50,086 nucleotides of DNA from Octopus bimaculoides (taxonomy: Eukaryota). The stretch covers positions 92,036,872 through 92,086,957 of the forward strand of contig NC_068986.1 of NCBI RefSeq assembly GCF_001194135.2, written 5' to 3'. Numbering within the stretch: position 1 is the stretch's first letter; each line of letters begins with the position of its first letter. Position numbers and translations under genes: made by a program. The notes under the pieces are model-generated. The model worked only from the letters and a program-made list of their open reading frames with translations. It was not told the origin of the DNA and ran no database searches. Positions 48,397 to 50,086 of the stretch are shown here, piece by piece.

Positions 48397-49557
48397 TTTG
48401 ATGTCTGCTCCGAAAGAAACTGAACTTTTATAAAAGCAAATTTAATGCTTTACTTTCAATTTAATCAGCCTTGGCTCCTTCAGGATAATTCCCTTTTCTG
48501 TTAATACACCGCTCACAATGTTTATGTTTTTCTAGTTTTAGAACACGTCCCAGGACATATTTTTGATAGTAGCACTTATTTCTTGTAGCGAATTTTCTTT
48601 AATTACTTCTACCGTTTGAAATCGGAGATCTCTCAGAGTAGATTAAAAAGAAACAGAAAGGAACCAAATCCGAAGTGCAGGCTGACTAAATGTTGAGAAA
48701 GACCAAATGTGTTGTGGTGCAACATTTGGGTTTTATTTGTCCATGCCTCAGGCCACATCATTCACTCTGCATTTCTCAAACACTCTAGGACAGCCATGTA
48801 AAACTAATTATTGTTTGGCCATGGGGAACAAACTGAAAATGCGCAACACCCACTCTTTCAATAAAAAAGACGGCCACCAATAACACCATCGTATTTAAGC
48901 GATTCTGACAAGCAATTTCGGTTTCTTTGACAATAATTCAAACCAGTGCAATGGTTGCATCAATGTGCTGCCCTGGCTGTCCTACAACATTTCGTCATCT
49001 GTTATCACACTTTTCAGAAAGATAATTGTGACATTATTTATTAATTGTTCATTAGTAAAAAGATTTTACTGAAACACGTTGTCTACGTCTTCGGAAATCA
49101 GGTGACGATTTTCACGGATCATGAACAATCAGACGACAATTTTCAGGGATCAGAGAACTCGCTTTTTTAATTTGATCGTCGTCTATTGTCGTTGAAGATC
49201 ATTTTTCTCCATTGGAAACGTCGTCACAATGCGTACAGTTTAAACAATTCTCTTCATAAGCCTTTTTTGCCATATTAGAAAAATCTGTATTGTATTTATC
49301 CAATTTCAAACAAAATTTCAGATAAACACGGGCTCTTCTGAACCCCTTTATTCTCAACATGCAATAAATCGTCAAATGCACTAAACATACGTTCACTCAA
49401 CCATGTCTAAACTGATGACTAATTGGCGTAATGTGAGATTGTTTGCATTATACTGAAGATCAAGGTGACCCATAAACAAACAATACTGCAGTCGCAGGCA
49501 CGTTGTACAATGTGGCTGATATGCTGCTTTAGAAGTTATTTTTGTAGATAGATCCCG
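48397..49557 (-). mobile_element. Highly degenerate mariner, about 1.16 kb
   Basis: RVYLKFCLKLDK...KAYEE, VITDDEM, VFFIERVGVAHFQFVPHGQT, FYMAVLECLR, WPEAW...MLHH, DLVP, RFQTVEVIKENSLQEI; decayed TIR TACGGGATCTATCTACAAAAATAAC. Confidence 0.75.
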
Positions 49558-49818
49558 TAAACACATGCACACACACATGCGCGTGTGCACACGCACATGC
49601 GCGTGCGCACACACATTGATATTTATTTTTATGTCAAGTTATAAAATGAATTTAACAACAAACTGAAGAATTACTCAATGCTTTTTAGTAGAGAACATGT
49701 TTATTAAACTTTTACATACAAGAAAAGGAGTGACAGTGACTTCGAAGTTTCGGCCTGCTGGCCTTCCCCAGACCTTACACAGCAGCTTATAATTACAATT
49801 TGGACGGACTTAAATGAA

Positions 49819-50016
<198 letters not shown>

Positions 50017-50086
50017 ATATATATCATGTTGAACCGTTAATCCTTACACATTTTATTCTCTCTCTATTTTTTTCTTTCATTCTCCT

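Overview
Eukaryotic, AT-rich, repeat-dominated genomic DNA with about 20 assembly gaps (roughly 7.4 kb of N), most of which open next to microsatellites. The repeat set (tRNA-headed SINEs, RTE, CR1 and R4/Dong LINE remnants, mariners, dense microsatellites) points to a cephalopod, probably Octopus; this is an inference. No complete protein-coding gene, rRNA, true tRNA or CRISPR array is supportable, and almost all ORFs in the track are microsatellite or gap artefacts. Manual translation supports five mariner elements or remnants, two RTE LINE remnants, one CR1-clade remnant, two R4/Dong-type endonuclease remnants and possible Penelope-like remnants. There are also three hAT-type MITEs, dozens of SINE copies (my working labels A, B, C1, C2, D), a 19-bp minisatellite and one credible isolated exon (22742-22865, minus strand). 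The most interesting signals concern retroposon mechanism: two SINE families share 3' tails with LINE remnants in the same window; SINE bodies carry swappable tails; insertion appears to favour (AAT)n/(ATT)n tracts and build head-to-tail arrays; and there is a decayed minimal hammerhead ribozyme. I cannot show that any of this is undescribed without database comparison.
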